64,000 nt of DNA from an uncultured cyanobacterium (GCA_963718615.1 OY970368.1:1632001-1696000); one strand, 5' to 3'; shown: positions 41,254 to 52,133, numbered from the stretch's first letter. Notes: generated by a model not told the origin, from the letters alone. Translations and numbers: made by a program.

Positions 41254-43143
41254 ATGTGTGGTATTTTTGGTTATCTAGGTCCCGAAACAATTCAACCTGA
41301 ATCTATTTTAAGATCGCTCCATCATCGTGGTCCTGATGATTCTGGATGTTGGCAGTATCAGATTGAGAGCCAGCAGTTAATGCTGATCCAAACTCGCTTA
41401 GCTATTCTAGACCTTAGTCCCGGTGGGCATCAGCCGATGATCGACGAAAACAATGGAAATGTCATCGTTTTTAATGGTGAGATCTATAATTTCCGAGAGC
41501 TACGAGAACAGCTTCAAAGTCGAGGTGTAGTCTTTAAATCTCAAAGTGATACCGAGGTGCTACTCAAGGGCTATCGAGTTTGGGGGCGGCAATTACTCGA
41601 TCGCCTGGATGGGATGTTCACATTTGTTCTATATGATTGCCATCAGCAACAGCTTATGATTGCACGGGATCATATCGGAATCAAACCGCTTTACTATGCC
41701 CGTACTCAAGGAGGTGGCCTTGCCTTCGCCTCAGAAGTCCGAACGCTGATTGCCTCTGGCCGGGTCAGCTCAGCCTGGGATCAGCAAAGCTTGCGGGACT
41801 ATTTGGTTTATGGAGCTATTCAAGAGCCACGAACGATTTATCAGGAAATTTGTGCGTTTCCCCCAGCCCATTTTGCGACTCTCGATATTCAAAAGCCGCA
41901 GTTACTGCAACCTCAATGTTATTGGAATATGGTAGAAATTGCCTATGCAGCCCAATCTTCCCCAACTCCCCTGAATAGTCGTCTCATCCATCGTGAGATT
42001 CTTGATCGCACCTTAGAACAGCAAATTGCAGCGGACGTGCCTGTAGGCCTGTTTCTTTCGGGTGGCATTGATACAACGGCCTTAGCTTGTTTGTTAGCAC
42101 CACAATCATCAAACTACTTGCATGCATTCACATTTGGGTTACAAAATCACGAGGCAGACGAAGCTCCTTTGGCGGCAACAACGGCACTTAATTTAGGGTT
42201 CAAGCATTCGATTGCTAGGCTTGAAAAAAACGAATTAAATGATTGGTTGCTAGCAGGATTTGCGGCGATGGATCAGCCTTCCGCTGATGGTCTCAATACT
42301 TATCTGATTTCGCGAGCTTCAAAAGCCAAAGGTATGACAGTCGTCTTGAGCGGCTGCGGGGCCGATGAATTGCACGGAGGTTATTCCCATTTTCGCCAAT
42401 TGTCGCAGTTGTGGCGTTGGCAGCAGTGGGGACAGCAAGGTGGAAAGTTTGGCGATCGCCTGACCCAAAAACTTATCCATCAAGCTTTATCCTTAGTTCA
42501 TCGCCATCGTGGTCCTTTAGTTGAAGAGCGCTTGAATCTGATGATGCAACAGTGGCAATCTCCGTTGGGGCTATTATCAGAGAAACGACGATTTTTGACC
42601 CCTAGTCAAATTCAAGTGTTTTGGCCTCAGGGAGATTCCTTCCCAGGGCAGATGGCGATCGCCCCAATTCCGCCCAAATTGCTTGAACTAGAGATTGAAA
42701 CCCAGCTCTCGATTTATGAAATTCAAGGCTATTTGCGCAATACGCTGCTGCGGGACAGTGATTGGGCGACCATGGCCAATCAGCAGGAGCTACGGGTACC
42801 TTTCCTCGGTAAACGCTATTTAGAGATGGTTTTGCAACTTCCCTGGTCAGAGAAGCGAGCAGTGTCTGGCTTAAACAAACCCTTGATTGCACAGCAGATC
42901 ACTGCCGCCGGAGAGCATGTGCTTCAGCGGCGCAAGACAGGCTTTACCTTGGACTATGGGGCTTATCTGTGTGGAGCGTTGCGAGAACCGATGGAGATGG
43001 CCTTTAAGCAGCTCAATCAAAACTTTGGCTTTACGCTGAATGCAGCAGAAACTGTGCGATCGCTTCAATCGGATCAAGGTCGCAACCAAGTGAGTCGCTA
43101 CTGGGCTTTGACGAGCCTTGGGTTGTATTTAGGACGGTCCTAA
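41254..43143 (+). CDS. asnB: Asparagine synthase-like glutamine amidotransferase (probable polysaccharide amidation)
   Basis: MCGIFG N-terminal Cys, FNGEIYN, LSGGID, SGCGADE. Confidence 0.9.
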   Translation: MCGIFGYLGPETIQPESILRSLHHRGPDDSGCWQYQIESQQLMLIQTRLAILDLSPGGHQPMIDENNGNVIVFNGEIYNFRELREQLQSRGVVFKSQSDTEVLLKGYRVWGRQLLDRLDGMFTFVLYDCHQQQLMIARDHIGIKPLYYARTQGGGLAFASEVRTLIASGRVSSAWDQQSLRDYLVYGAIQEPRTIYQEICAFPPAHFATLDIQKPQLLQPQCYWNMVEIAYAAQSSPTPLNSRLIHREILDRTLEQQIAADVPVGLFLSGGIDTTALACLLAPQSSNYLHAFTFGLQNHEADEAPLAATTALNLGFKHSIARLEKNELNDWLLAGFAAMDQPSADGLNTYLISRASKAKGMTVVLSGCGADELHGGYSHFRQLSQLWRWQQWGQQGGKFGDRLTQKLIHQALSLVHRHRGPLVEERLNLMMQQWQSPLGLLSEKRRFLTPSQIQVFWPQGDSFPGQMAIAPIPPKLLELEIETQLSIYEIQGYLRNTLLRDSDWATMANQQELRVPFLGKRYLEMVLQLPWSEKRAVSGLNKPLIAQQITAAGEHVLQRRKTGFTLDYGAYLCGALREPMEMAFKQLNQNFGFTLNAAETVRSLQSDQGRNQVSRYWALTSLGLYLGRS

Positions 43144-43288
43144 AATAGGTTCTCAAACTGCTCGTAAAACATACTAGAAAGCGATCGCGACCACAATACC
43201 CTAATGGGTCAACGCGATCGCAAACATAGTCTTGGCATAGTAAAGGCAACTGCTCTCTTTATATTGCTAGATATTGCTAGTTCTGCCC

Positions 43289-44188
43289 ATGCTACCAACC
43301 TTCATTGGAATTGGAACCCCCAAGTCGGGCACAACCTGGCTTTTTCGATGTCTTGCCGAACATCCAGAGGTATTTATTACGCCTGTTAAGGAAACAGCGT
43401 TCTTTGCCTCTTCCTTTGATCCGGAAGCCCTAGATACCTACCATCGCTATTTTGAAGGGGGTCAAGAGGCGATCGCGGTGGGGGAAATTTCTGTGGACTA
43501 TTTTGATTCTGAGCCAACTCCGGCCCGGATTGCCCAGGTTCTACCCGATGTCAAACTAGTTGTGGTCTTTCGTAATCCGATTGACCAAGTCTATTCCCAT
43601 TACTGGCATTTAGCACGACAGAATTTTCACTCCTGGGAAGAGGATCAACGCTTATCATTCGAGGCCGCTTTAGATAAATATTCGGTGCGTTTGATCGAGC
43701 CTGCTAGCTATGCTAAGTATCTTAAAAGCTGGCTGCGCTACTTTAATAGAGATCAAATCCATGTCATCTTCTATGAAGAAATTTGCCAACAGCCCCAAAC
43801 TGTTTTGCAAAGACTATTTGAATTTTTAGGGGTCGATCCAACTTTTCTACCCAGTGCTCTCGATCGCCAGGATGTTTCCGTACGCAAGGGAGTGTCCCCG
43901 AAAAGCCCACTGCTGGATCAAATCCACTCAATTCTGTACCAGCAACTCAATCAGCAATTTTATATGCCCCTAAAGCATTTACTTGGTTTTAATGTGGCGG
44001 CACAACTCAAGGAAACTCTCCGAATTCGTCAAATTATGCAGACCCTGTTCTATCGGGAGGGCTATCCCAAGATGGCCGCAACGACCCGAACGGCATTGTG
44101 CGATCGCTTTAGTCCCGATATCCAAGAACTTGCAACCTTGACGGGGCGCGATCTGAGTCATTGGTTGGGTCGTGCGGGAACTTATTAA
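43289..44188 (+). CDS. PAPS-dependent sulfotransferase
   Basis: IGTPKSGTTWL (5'-PSB), RNPIDQVYSHY (3'-PB); 10-bp direct repeat ATATTGCTAG x2 at 43261-43280 just upstream. Confidence 0.92.
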   Translation: MLPTFIGIGTPKSGTTWLFRCLAEHPEVFITPVKETAFFASSFDPEALDTYHRYFEGGQEAIAVGEISVDYFDSEPTPARIAQVLPDVKLVVVFRNPIDQVYSHYWHLARQNFHSWEEDQRLSFEAALDKYSVRLIEPASYAKYLKSWLRYFNRDQIHVIFYEEICQQPQTVLQRLFEFLGVDPTFLPSALDRQDVSVRKGVSPKSPLLDQIHSILYQQLNQQFYMPLKHLLGFNVAAQLKETLRIRQIMQTLFYREGYPKMAATTRTALCDRFSPDIQELATLTGRDLSHWLGRAGTY

Positions 44189-44212
44189 ACCGACTGTATG
44201 AAGTGAGTTTTA

Positions 44213-45613
44213 ATGCTTATGAGTCATTCCCTACCACTGGCCCCCCACGCTCTGCGCCGGGTGCTAGTTGTTAGTCCTCATTTTCCACCAACCAACGCAC
44301 CAGACCACCAGCGGATTCGCACGGCGTTGCCCTATCTGGCGGCACAAGGTTGGTCTGCTCATATTTTGGCAGTTGAACCGGATGAGATTCCTCATCCTCA
44401 AGATCCGTTGCTGGCACAAGTTCTGTCTGCGGATCTGCCGATTACCCGTGTGGGTGCAATTCCGGCGCACTATACTCAAAAAATTGGGTTAGGCAACGTT
44501 GGTATTCGAGCCATGCAGTTCGTTCGACAAGCGGGCGATCGCTTACTGGCCCAAGAAAAGTTTGACCTAGTTTTCTTTTCAACTACTATTTTCCCGCTCA
44601 TGGCCTTGGGGCCTCACTGGTTGAAAAAATTTGGTGTTCCCTATATCCTAGATTTTCAAGACCCCTGGCGTAGTGACTATTATCGAGAGACGGGTCTTAC
44701 CCCTCCTGGAGGTCGAATGAAGCATGGCTTAAGTCAGTTGATTGCTCAATTACTAGAGCCAATTGCCTTACAATCGCCTGCCCATATTGTCAGTGTTTCC
44801 CCAGCTTATCCCTATATTTTGCAACAGCGCTATCCTGGGTTGCATTCCGAACAATTTACGGTTTTACCCTTTGGTGCTCCAGAAGCTGATTTCGCGATCT
44901 TGCCCCAGCTTAACCTCAGACAATCCATTTTTAATCCCCATGATGGCTTACGGCACTGGGTTTATGTGGGTCGTGGGGGAGGCGATATGGTCACTGCAAT
45001 TAAGGTGCTTTTCGAGGCGATTCGGCGCGATCGCCGAATCCATAGGGAACGATGGGCAGAGATTCGTATTCATTTTGTAGGCACCAGTTATGCTCCACCT
45101 GAGCGTGCTGAAAAAACTATCGAGCCTTTGGCTAAAGTCTATGGCTTAGACGATTTGATCGATGAACATCCAGGACGAATTGCTTATTTCGAAGCACAAC
45201 AGGTTTTAGTCGATAGCGAAGCAATTCTTTTAATTGGTTCTAACGATTCGAGTTATACAGCCTCTAAACTTTATCCAAGTATTTTGGCAAAGAAACCTAT
45301 TTTGGCAGTGTTTAATGAGCAAAGCTCTGTCGTCAAGATTCTCCAAACTTGTCAGGCTGGTCAAGTAGTAACCTTTGGTAAGAATATCAGCGAAGAGCAA
45401 ACTATCCAAACAATTCAGACATATTTGAGTCAAATGCTGTGCCCATCTCGATCCAGCCTAGTTCAAACGAATTGGGAAGCTTTCCAAGCTTATACTGCTC
45501 AGGCCATGACCCAAAAGCTGTGCCAACTATTTGATCAAGCCTTGGTTCCTCAACGGTCTCAATCTGTGAGTTTAGAGGCGATCGCTCCTCAGCAGACTTT
45601 CAACCATGCGTAA
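44213..45613 (+). CDS. Glycosyltransferase (GT-B, GT4-like)
   Basis: VSPHFPP, LDFQDPW, ASKLYP. Confidence 0.8.
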   Translation: MLMSHSLPLAPHALRRVLVVSPHFPPTNAPDHQRIRTALPYLAAQGWSAHILAVEPDEIPHPQDPLLAQVLSADLPITRVGAIPAHYTQKIGLGNVGIRAMQFVRQAGDRLLAQEKFDLVFFSTTIFPLMALGPHWLKKFGVPYILDFQDPWRSDYYRETGLTPPGGRMKHGLSQLIAQLLEPIALQSPAHIVSVSPAYPYILQQRYPGLHSEQFTVLPFGAPEADFAILPQLNLRQSIFNPHDGLRHWVYVGRGGGDMVTAIKVLFEAIRRDRRIHRERWAEIRIHFVGTSYAPPERAEKTIEPLAKVYGLDDLIDEHPGRIAYFEAQQVLVDSEAILLIGSNDSSYTASKLYPSILAKKPILAVFNEQSSVVKILQTCQAGQVVTFGKNISEEQTIQTIQTYLSQMLCPSRSSLVQTNWEAFQAYTAQAMTQKLCQLFDQALVPQRSQSVSLEAIAPQQTFNHA

Positions 45614-45624
45614 TCAACGTATTT

Positions 45625-47103
45625 ATGGCAAAAGAATCTCATCAGGCAACGACCAATATGTTTTGGTGTCTGATTTCTCTTCTCGTGTATGGGAATTTTG
45701 GAGCATTTAGACATGCCGACCCGGCATCAGAGGCAGGGTGCCTTTTGATTGGATTTTTCTGCATGTTTCCTCTTTATCTGTGGTGTGCAGGTAAAGTTCA
45801 AGGGATGCCAGTTTTTCCGTTCTTTGCTTTAACTTATTTATGGACGTTTTGTCTGCCACTAGTGAGCGACAATCCAAATGTTTTAAAGTATTCGCCTAGC
45901 CAACACTTAATAGCTGGATTTAATACAAGCTTGTTTTTAGGCAGTGGCACTTTAGTCTGGTATCAGTTTGTCAAATCCAAAGTGAGTAAAAGCAAGCCTT
46001 ATCTTGCCTTAGATACAGAAAAAGCTGAATTGTTCTTTATTGTCATGGTGGGAGCTGGCGTTTTTATTAATATGTATGTTTTAGGGGGTTGGTCTGGCAT
46101 TCCACCTAAAATTTTTACAATTGTGCGAGGCATGGTTAAAGGGTTGAGTTTGCTCGGTTGTTTTATCCTTTGTTATCGTCTAGGACAAAAAGAAATTCCT
46201 AAATTAAGAGGTCAGGTATTTGTCCTTTTACAAACCCTATATATCATCACCTCAGGGGCAGGGATGGTCTTAAACTTTGCGTTAGTTCTATTTATGCTAT
46301 CTATTGTTGCTTATACGATTGGTGCTCGGCGATTTCCCATTGTAGCTACGCTTATAGGATTAATGTGCGTTATGCCATTACATTATGGCAAGCATCCTAT
46401 GCGTGAAAAGTATTGGTTTCATGTAGAAGAAACTACATACATTCAACCTTGGGATTACCCAGCTTGGTTTAGGGAATGGGCCGGTTATGCCTATGACTAC
46501 TTTACCTACGAACCCGCTCGATACGAAAAAGTTGAGGAAAGAGAATCTTTTGCTGAGCGATCGAGCGTGGTTCACATGCTCATGTTTGCTCAGACTCAAA
46601 TTCCTAAAAACTATCCCTTTCTCAATGGAGAAACCTATAAAGTCGTTCCACAGATTATCATGCCGAGAATTATAAATCCTAATAAACCTCGCAGCCATGA
46701 AGGTACTTATATGCTTTGTATTCATACCCGAATGCAAACCTATGAAGATACTTTAACAACGACAATTGCTTGGGGCCTTTTACCTGAAGCCTATGCAAAC
46801 TTCGGCACAGCTGGTTTACCAGCTATAGGAGGTCTATTGGGGGTATTCTATGGAACCGTTACTCGCTCAGCTCTAGGAACTTCTCGTTTTTCTTTTAGGT
46901 TTCTTTTTTCAGTTCTAATTTTTAGTTTATCCTTAGCTTCCATTGAATGGACGTCAGGTGTCTATGCTGCAACGCTCTTTCAGTCTTCAGTTCCTTTACT
47001 TGGCATTCGATTTACAGTGATGCGTCTGTATCGCAAAATGCCGCATTACAAACAGCTTAAGCTCAAGCGAAAACTTAAACAGATGACTGGTGCCAGAGTA
47101 TGA
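45625..47103 (+). CDS. Polytopic membrane protein, putative Wzy-like polymerase
   Basis: About 11-12 hydrophobic helices; late periplasmic loop with PRIINPNKP and GLLPEAYANFG, as seen in Wzy-like proteins. Confidence 0.6.
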   Translation: MAKESHQATTNMFWCLISLLVYGNFGAFRHADPASEAGCLLIGFFCMFPLYLWCAGKVQGMPVFPFFALTYLWTFCLPLVSDNPNVLKYSPSQHLIAGFNTSLFLGSGTLVWYQFVKSKVSKSKPYLALDTEKAELFFIVMVGAGVFINMYVLGGWSGIPPKIFTIVRGMVKGLSLLGCFILCYRLGQKEIPKLRGQVFVLLQTLYIITSGAGMVLNFALVLFMLSIVAYTIGARRFPIVATLIGLMCVMPLHYGKHPMREKYWFHVEETTYIQPWDYPAWFREWAGYAYDYFTYEPARYEKVEERESFAERSSVVHMLMFAQTQIPKNYPFLNGETYKVVPQIIMPRIINPNKPRSHEGTYMLCIHTRMQTYEDTLTTTIAWGLLPEAYANFGTAGLPAIGGLLGVFYGTVTRSALGTSRFSFRFLFSVLIFSLSLASIEWTSGVYAATLFQSSVPLLGIRFTVMRLYRKMPHYKQLKLKRKLKQMTGARV

Positions 47104-48332
47104 AAAATCTTGCAATTATTACCTCCCACCCGATACAATACTACGCTCCCTGGTTTAAACATCTTGCAGCCCAGATCCAGATTAATCTCAAGGTCTTTTA
47201 TCTTTGGGATTTTGGTGTGTCGACCCGAAATGACGAGGAATTTCAGCAGTCTTTGCAGTGGGATGTTCCTTTGTTAGAAGGTTACGATTATGCATTTGTT
47301 CCCAATCACAGCAATGCTCCTAGTGTTCACCATTTTTGGGGCTTAAACAATCCTGCTCTAACCGATCTTGTCAAGCAATTCCAGCCTGATGCAGTGTTAC
47401 TAATGTGTTATAATTATGCTACAATTTATAAGTTTCTTTGGCAGTGGCGTTATGAGAAAATTCCCCTTCTTTTTCGAGGAGATTCTCATCGATTGGTTTC
47501 GCTAAAGGGATTTAAGTCATGGGTAAAGAAAGTCTGGATTCAACAAATTTATTCTCAAATAGATGCCTGTTTGTATGTTGGGCAGGCTAACTACCAATAC
47601 TTCCGCCATCACAATATTCAGGCAGATCGTCTTTTTTATACTCCTCACGCTATTGACAATGCTCGCTTTTTTAAAGCAAAAAGCGAAGCTAATTATGCAT
47701 CGCAAATTTGGAAAAAAGAGCTTGGTATTCCTGAAAACTATCGAGTGATTCTATTTGCGGGAAAATTCGTGTCTAAAAAGCGACCTCAAGATCTGTTGCA
47801 AGCATTTGCCAAAGCTCATCTAGAGAATACTGCACTTGTATTTGTGGGTGCAGGCGAGCTAGAATCTATTCTGCGTCAGCAGGCTTCGGAGATTGAGCAG
47901 GTTTATTTTGCTCCTTTTCAGAATCAAAGTTTGATGCCCAGGACCTACGCTTTGGCTGATGTGTTGGTGCTACCTAGCTTTGGTCCAGGTGAGACCTGGG
48001 GGCTATCTGTGAACGAAGCAATGGCGATGGGAAAGGCTGTGATTGTCAGCAGTCATGTTGGTTGTGCTACTGACTTAGTTCAGCTACAGGAATCAACCTC
48101 GGAACAAAATGGTTTAGTCTTCCCTGCAGGAGATTGTGATGCGCTTAGTCGAGCTCTGGAAAGAGCTTTTTCTCAACCTGAACAATTACGTCGCTGGGGA
48201 GAGGCTGGCCAGCGACGCATTCGCAAGTTTAGCTATGAACGGATGACACAGGGATTGTTACGGGCTCTAGCGGCACTGTCTTCCCATTCCGATCAGCAGC
48301 CCTTGATTCAAGGAGACGTAACGCTAGGATGA
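47100..48332 (+). CDS. Glycosyltransferase family 4
   Basis: SHPIQYYAP; ETWGLSVNEAM. Confidence 0.92.
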   Translation: MKNLAIITSHPIQYYAPWFKHLAAQIQINLKVFYLWDFGVSTRNDEEFQQSLQWDVPLLEGYDYAFVPNHSNAPSVHHFWGLNNPALTDLVKQFQPDAVLLMCYNYATIYKFLWQWRYEKIPLLFRGDSHRLVSLKGFKSWVKKVWIQQIYSQIDACLYVGQANYQYFRHHNIQADRLFYTPHAIDNARFFKAKSEANYASQIWKKELGIPENYRVILFAGKFVSKKRPQDLLQAFAKAHLENTALVFVGAGELESILRQQASEIEQVYFAPFQNQSLMPRTYALADVLVLPSFGPGETWGLSVNEAMAMGKAVIVSSHVGCATDLVQLQESTSEQNGLVFPAGDCDALSRALERAFSQPEQLRRWGEAGQRRIRKFSYERMTQGLLRALAALSSHSDQQPLIQGDVTLG

Positions 48333-49053
48333 TTTCGGCAACGCAGCGCTGAAGTGCATAATACCAACCTCGGGGGCCATCCCAAAGGCCCCTCTTTAGA
48401 AGCAAACAATAAACTATAACGAGTAAAGGAGCTAGGGGGGTATATAGGCGAATGCGATCGCTCCAACCTAAGTCCTTAATAGAAGTATTTCTCAATTTTT
48501 TGACTTCTAATTCGGCATAGCAATCCTGAGCCCATAACCAGCGTTGAAGAGTCTTTTGATCATCATGCAAAAGTGGCATTTTTAAGGTTTTGCTCTCTCC
48601 TTCAGGCTGTAGTAGTTGTCGATGGCCATCATCAATATAATGGACAAATTGAGGTCTAAATAGGGCTCTTCTAGGGGGTAAAATTGTTCCCTTTAGAGGA
48701 CTACCGAAAACACAATATTTAAATGGAACCCAATAACTATTAACGTTCGTAGTAGGCGTTATTTGGCTAAGCTCTTTCTGTAGTTCTGGAGTTACTAAAT
48801 AATCTGCATCTAAAGAAAGTGCCCATTCTGTATTAACAAACGTTAGACCATAATTCCATTGTTGAGCAAGGCTATCAAAAGGGCGCTGTAGAACTCTTAC
48901 ATTTGGATATCGTTGTAATATTTCTAATGTTGAATCAGTACTAAAGCTGTCAATGACTAAGACTTGCTTTGCCCAGCTTAATCTAGACAAAGTTCGTCCT
49001 ATATTTGGGGCTTCGTTGTAGGTCAAAATGATAGGAGTAATGGAGTCAAGCAT
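48229..49053 (-). CDS. Glycosyltransferase family 2 (WaaE/KdtX-like)
   Basis: ILTYNE, IDSFSTD, LDADY. Confidence 0.88.
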   Translation of the reverse strand: MLDSITPIILTYNEAPNIGRTLSRLSWAKQVLVIDSFSTDSTLEILQRYPNVRVLQRPFDSLAQQWNYGLTFVNTEWALSLDADYLVTPELQKELSQITPTTNVNSYWVPFKYCVFGSPLKGTILPPRRALFRPQFVHYIDDGHRQLLQPEGESKTLKMPLLHDDQKTLQRWLWAQDCYAELEVKKLRNTSIKDLGWSDRIRLYTPLAPLLVIVYCLLLKRGLWDGPRGWYYALQRCVAEIILALRLLESRAADRNGKTVPLEPVTIPVSSVHS

Positions 49054-50233
49054 AGATTTCTACATGGTTTTGATAATGTTGAATAAGTTTTTGGCTGATG
49101 GATGCCCAACCAAACTGTTGTTGTGAGATAATGCGACTTTGTGCTCTAATCCGTTGCCAATGCTGGGGAGATTGAATCGCCAGGTTAAGGGCTTCGCTGA
49201 GAGCCTCAGTCCAGCATTTTGGTTCTAAAGGGACTACCCAACCTAAATGATGCTGCTGGACAAAGTCTGATAGCGCGACATCCGGGCTCAACATTACAGG
49301 TAAGCCGGAGGCCATAGCTTCTAGGACCGAAATCCCAAAATTTTCTGAGTGAGACGGTAATACAAAAAGATCTGCACCTTCAAGTAAGGCTTGTTTCTCT
49401 GCTCCCGTTAAAAATCCTAACCAATGTACTTGAGGTTGTAGCGATAAATCTTTGACTTGTCGCTTGAGTGCTTGACAGTATTCAGAATCACCGCTGCCTG
49501 CGATCGCCAAGGTGAAATTACGATGAGGCAAATCGGCCAAGGCTGTCAAAAGAATTTCTAGCCCTTTCTTTGGATGTAAGCGCGATAAAAATGCAATTAC
49601 AGGTTGGTTAGAGTCAAGCTTGAGCTGTTGACGTAGCAGCGTACGAGCCTGATATAATGGACTGGCTACATTGAGTCCTAAAGGTAGCACGAAAGATTTT
49701 GTCTGAAGCGCTAACGATTGTACTTCTCGATATTCGGATTCACTGGTGAAATGCAATGCTTGACTATCTTCTAAAAGCATTCGACAGCCTTGCAAGTAAA
49801 GCTGTTTTTTACGGTAACCCTGCTGTAAAGACCAGTGACATAATGAGCCTAGAGGTCTGACAAAATAAGGAACTCCTTTTGTCCGAGCCCAGGCCATGCC
49901 CATGATGGAAGGATAGGAAAAAATAGCATGAATATGGACAAAGTCGTAGGTTTGAATTTCCTGACCTAGCCAGCGAGTTAAGGATGCTGAAATCGCAAAT
50001 TCTCGAAAACTTGAAGAACGAGGAGACCATCGATTAAAAAAACGAACAGGCACCTGTTCATAATTAATCCAAGCATTAAGGGGCACATCGAGTCGCTGAG
50101 GACCATTATCGTTGGTCGTGGCAATTTCAGCTTCAATCCCTTGTTTTCGTAGCTCTCTCACCATTTGCAAAACGGCCTGACTTGGTCCTCCTCGAATGGG
50201 AGCAATAGAAGGGATAATATGAAGAACTTTCAT
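49046..50233 (-). CDS. Glycosyltransferase family 4
   Basis: MKVLHIIP..RGGP, LSRLHPKKG, ENFGISVLEAM; likely start 50233. Confidence 0.92.
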   Translation of the reverse strand: MKVLHIIPSIAPIRGGPSQAVLQMVRELRKQGIEAEIATTNDNGPQRLDVPLNAWINYEQVPVRFFNRWSPRSSSFREFAISASLTRWLGQEIQTYDFVHIHAIFSYPSIMGMAWARTKGVPYFVRPLGSLCHWSLQQGYRKKQLYLQGCRMLLEDSQALHFTSESEYREVQSLALQTKSFVLPLGLNVASPLYQARTLLRQQLKLDSNQPVIAFLSRLHPKKGLEILLTALADLPHRNFTLAIAGSGDSEYCQALKRQVKDLSLQPQVHWLGFLTGAEKQALLEGADLFVLPSHSENFGISVLEAMASGLPVMLSPDVALSDFVQQHHLGWVVPLEPKCWTEALSEALNLAIQSPQHWQRIRAQSRIISQQQFGWASISQKLIQHYQNHVEIYA

Positions 50234-50312
50234 GGTAGATGTCTGAAATACTTGCGGGTTCATGGAATAGAGCAAGTTTGCTCAGTTTCCAACTAAACTG
50301 TTTCGAATCATG

Positions 50313-51491
50313 TCAAATTGTTTCAGACTGAAGCTTGCGATTTTTCCTAAGCAATAGCATCTCTCTATAGCTCCATCGTAAAGCTGACTGAAATCCTAAT
50401 CGTAATAAACCACCCCATTGCAAGAGCATAAATAGGGTGCTTGCAAGTAACAGTAGGGGGCCGTTAGAAAGTCTGACGAGCGCAAAAGCTCCACTACTTA
50501 GCCATAGGCTTAAACCTGTGATTAAGGTCACGGTTTCACGTTGTGAAAAACCCTGATCAATTAACCAATGATGTAAATGTCCACGATCAGGATAAAAAGG
50601 AGAACGGCGTGCCCAAAGTCGTTGTATGATAACGCGACTCATGTCTAAAATGGGTAGGGCGAGAAGAACAAAAGGAATTATTGCCGTTGTAAAGCCGGGA
50701 ACTGCAGCTTTAACAAAAAGACTAGTACCCCCTAACATGAAGCCTAATAGATAAGACCCACCATCACCCATAAAAATCTTAGCTGGGTGGGTATTGTGAT
50801 AGAAAAATCCGAGCGTGGATCCAACTATGGTGAGACAAAGGAAGGCGATCGCTTCGCTTTGTTCGGTCATAACTAACAAGCTAAAGATGACTAGCTCAGT
50901 GACAACGACGATACTAGATGCAAGTCCATCTAACCCATCTAACCAGTTAATCGCATTGGCAACGCCAGCTAGCCAGACCAATGTGACGGGTAGGCTCAGG
51001 ACTCCTAAAGTAACACTGCCTAGACCCGGCAAGGGTAGCACGTCCATGCGAACGCCTAGATACCAGGAAAATGTCCCTATCAAGCTTTGTAACGCTAATC
51101 GATGAAACGGTGATAAGGAAAATAGATCATCAAGAAAACCAACGAAAAAGAAGCCTAAACCTCCAACGAGCAGACCGAAAAAGGGCATTTTTTGACCAAC
51201 GTCGAGAAAGAGGGTTTGGCGATCGCTTAGAAAATCAACAGAGGGTGATTGTCCAAAAATAAAAAAAGCCAGTGTCATTGTTATGGCTATTGATATCGCG
51301 ATCGCAACTCCCCCGACTCGAACAATCGGTTGATGATGAAGTTTTCGAGTATCCGGTATATCCGTCCATTTATACCGAAGACCAGTTTTTTGAATGAGGG
51401 GAGTAATTCCCAAGGCTAGTAAATAGGCAATTAGGGCAACGAGAGCTGCTTGCATACGGTTTATAGGATTAGATCGATTCCATCTTGACAT
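50313..51491 (-). CDS. Undecaprenyl-phosphate HexNAc-1-phosphate transferase (WecA/TagO type)
   Basis: RKLH, GFLDD, NWLDGLDG, FMGDGG, DRGHLHH; multiple TM helices; start may be 51455. Confidence 0.92.
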   Translation of the reverse strand: MSRWNRSNPINRMQAALVALIAYLLALGITPLIQKTGLRYKWTDIPDTRKLHHQPIVRVGGVAIAISIAITMTLAFFIFGQSPSVDFLSDRQTLFLDVGQKMPFFGLLVGGLGFFFVGFLDDLFSLSPFHRLALQSLIGTFSWYLGVRMDVLPLPGLGSVTLGVLSLPVTLVWLAGVANAINWLDGLDGLASSIVVVTELVIFSLLVMTEQSEAIAFLCLTIVGSTLGFFYHNTHPAKIFMGDGGSYLLGFMLGGTSLFVKAAVPGFTTAIIPFVLLALPILDMSRVIIQRLWARRSPFYPDRGHLHHWLIDQGFSQRETVTLITGLSLWLSSGAFALVRLSNGPLLLLASTLFMLLQWGGLLRLGFQSALRWSYREMLLLRKNRKLQSETI

Positions 51492-51722
51492 TGAAATGTT
51501 TTTGTTAAGGTTGGACTTTAAGTATTTATTAGGGGGTGTTTTTTAGAGTAAGCGAACAATTGAAAAACGTAGAGCTACACTGACATTAAAGAAATCTAGA
51601 TTCTTTCAAAATTCGATTCTAAAACCTGGTATTTTCTTCGATGACTGAAGTTTTATGGATGACTATGCTCGGTATGCCATGCTGTATTGCCTTGAAAATT
51701 TGAGAAAAGCTGGCGAAAATCT

Positions 51723-52133
51723 ATGAACTCCCAGATTGAAAATGATCCTATCCTTAAGAGAATCTTTATTCGTATCCCTTCAGATATGGTTGATACTTTT
51801 ACATCCGATCAGCTTAAGGTTCTTCGTAATGCTTTTGTTCAAAATCCAACCCGTAAACATGCGATAGATATTCGCTTATCTATTCCCTTGTTCCGGATTT
51901 ATCTTGTTATCCTTAGTGGTCAAGAAAAACGCTCTCAAGAACGGCTTAAGCAGGATAGGGTAATTTATCCTCTCTGGACGTTTTTTAATATCTTAGCGAT
52001 TTGCACTGTTTGTCTATCTGCCGTTTCGTTTTTAGTTGGCTTACTGCTTCTAAGTTATCCTGCTTCTAGAGAACATCTTTTGAAGGGGTATAGTCAAGAA
52101 TTGGGCTTAGTGACCCAAATCAAAATCATTTAG
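51723..52133 (+). CDS. Conserved hypothetical single-TM protein
   Basis: KHAIDIRLSIP...YLVILSGQEKRS motif and C-terminal TM. Confidence 0.7.
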   Translation: MNSQIENDPILKRIFIRIPSDMVDTFTSDQLKVLRNAFVQNPTRKHAIDIRLSIPLFRIYLVILSGQEKRSQERLKQDRVIYPLWTFFNILAICTVCLSAVSFLVGLLLLSYPASREHLLKGYSQELGLVTQIKII

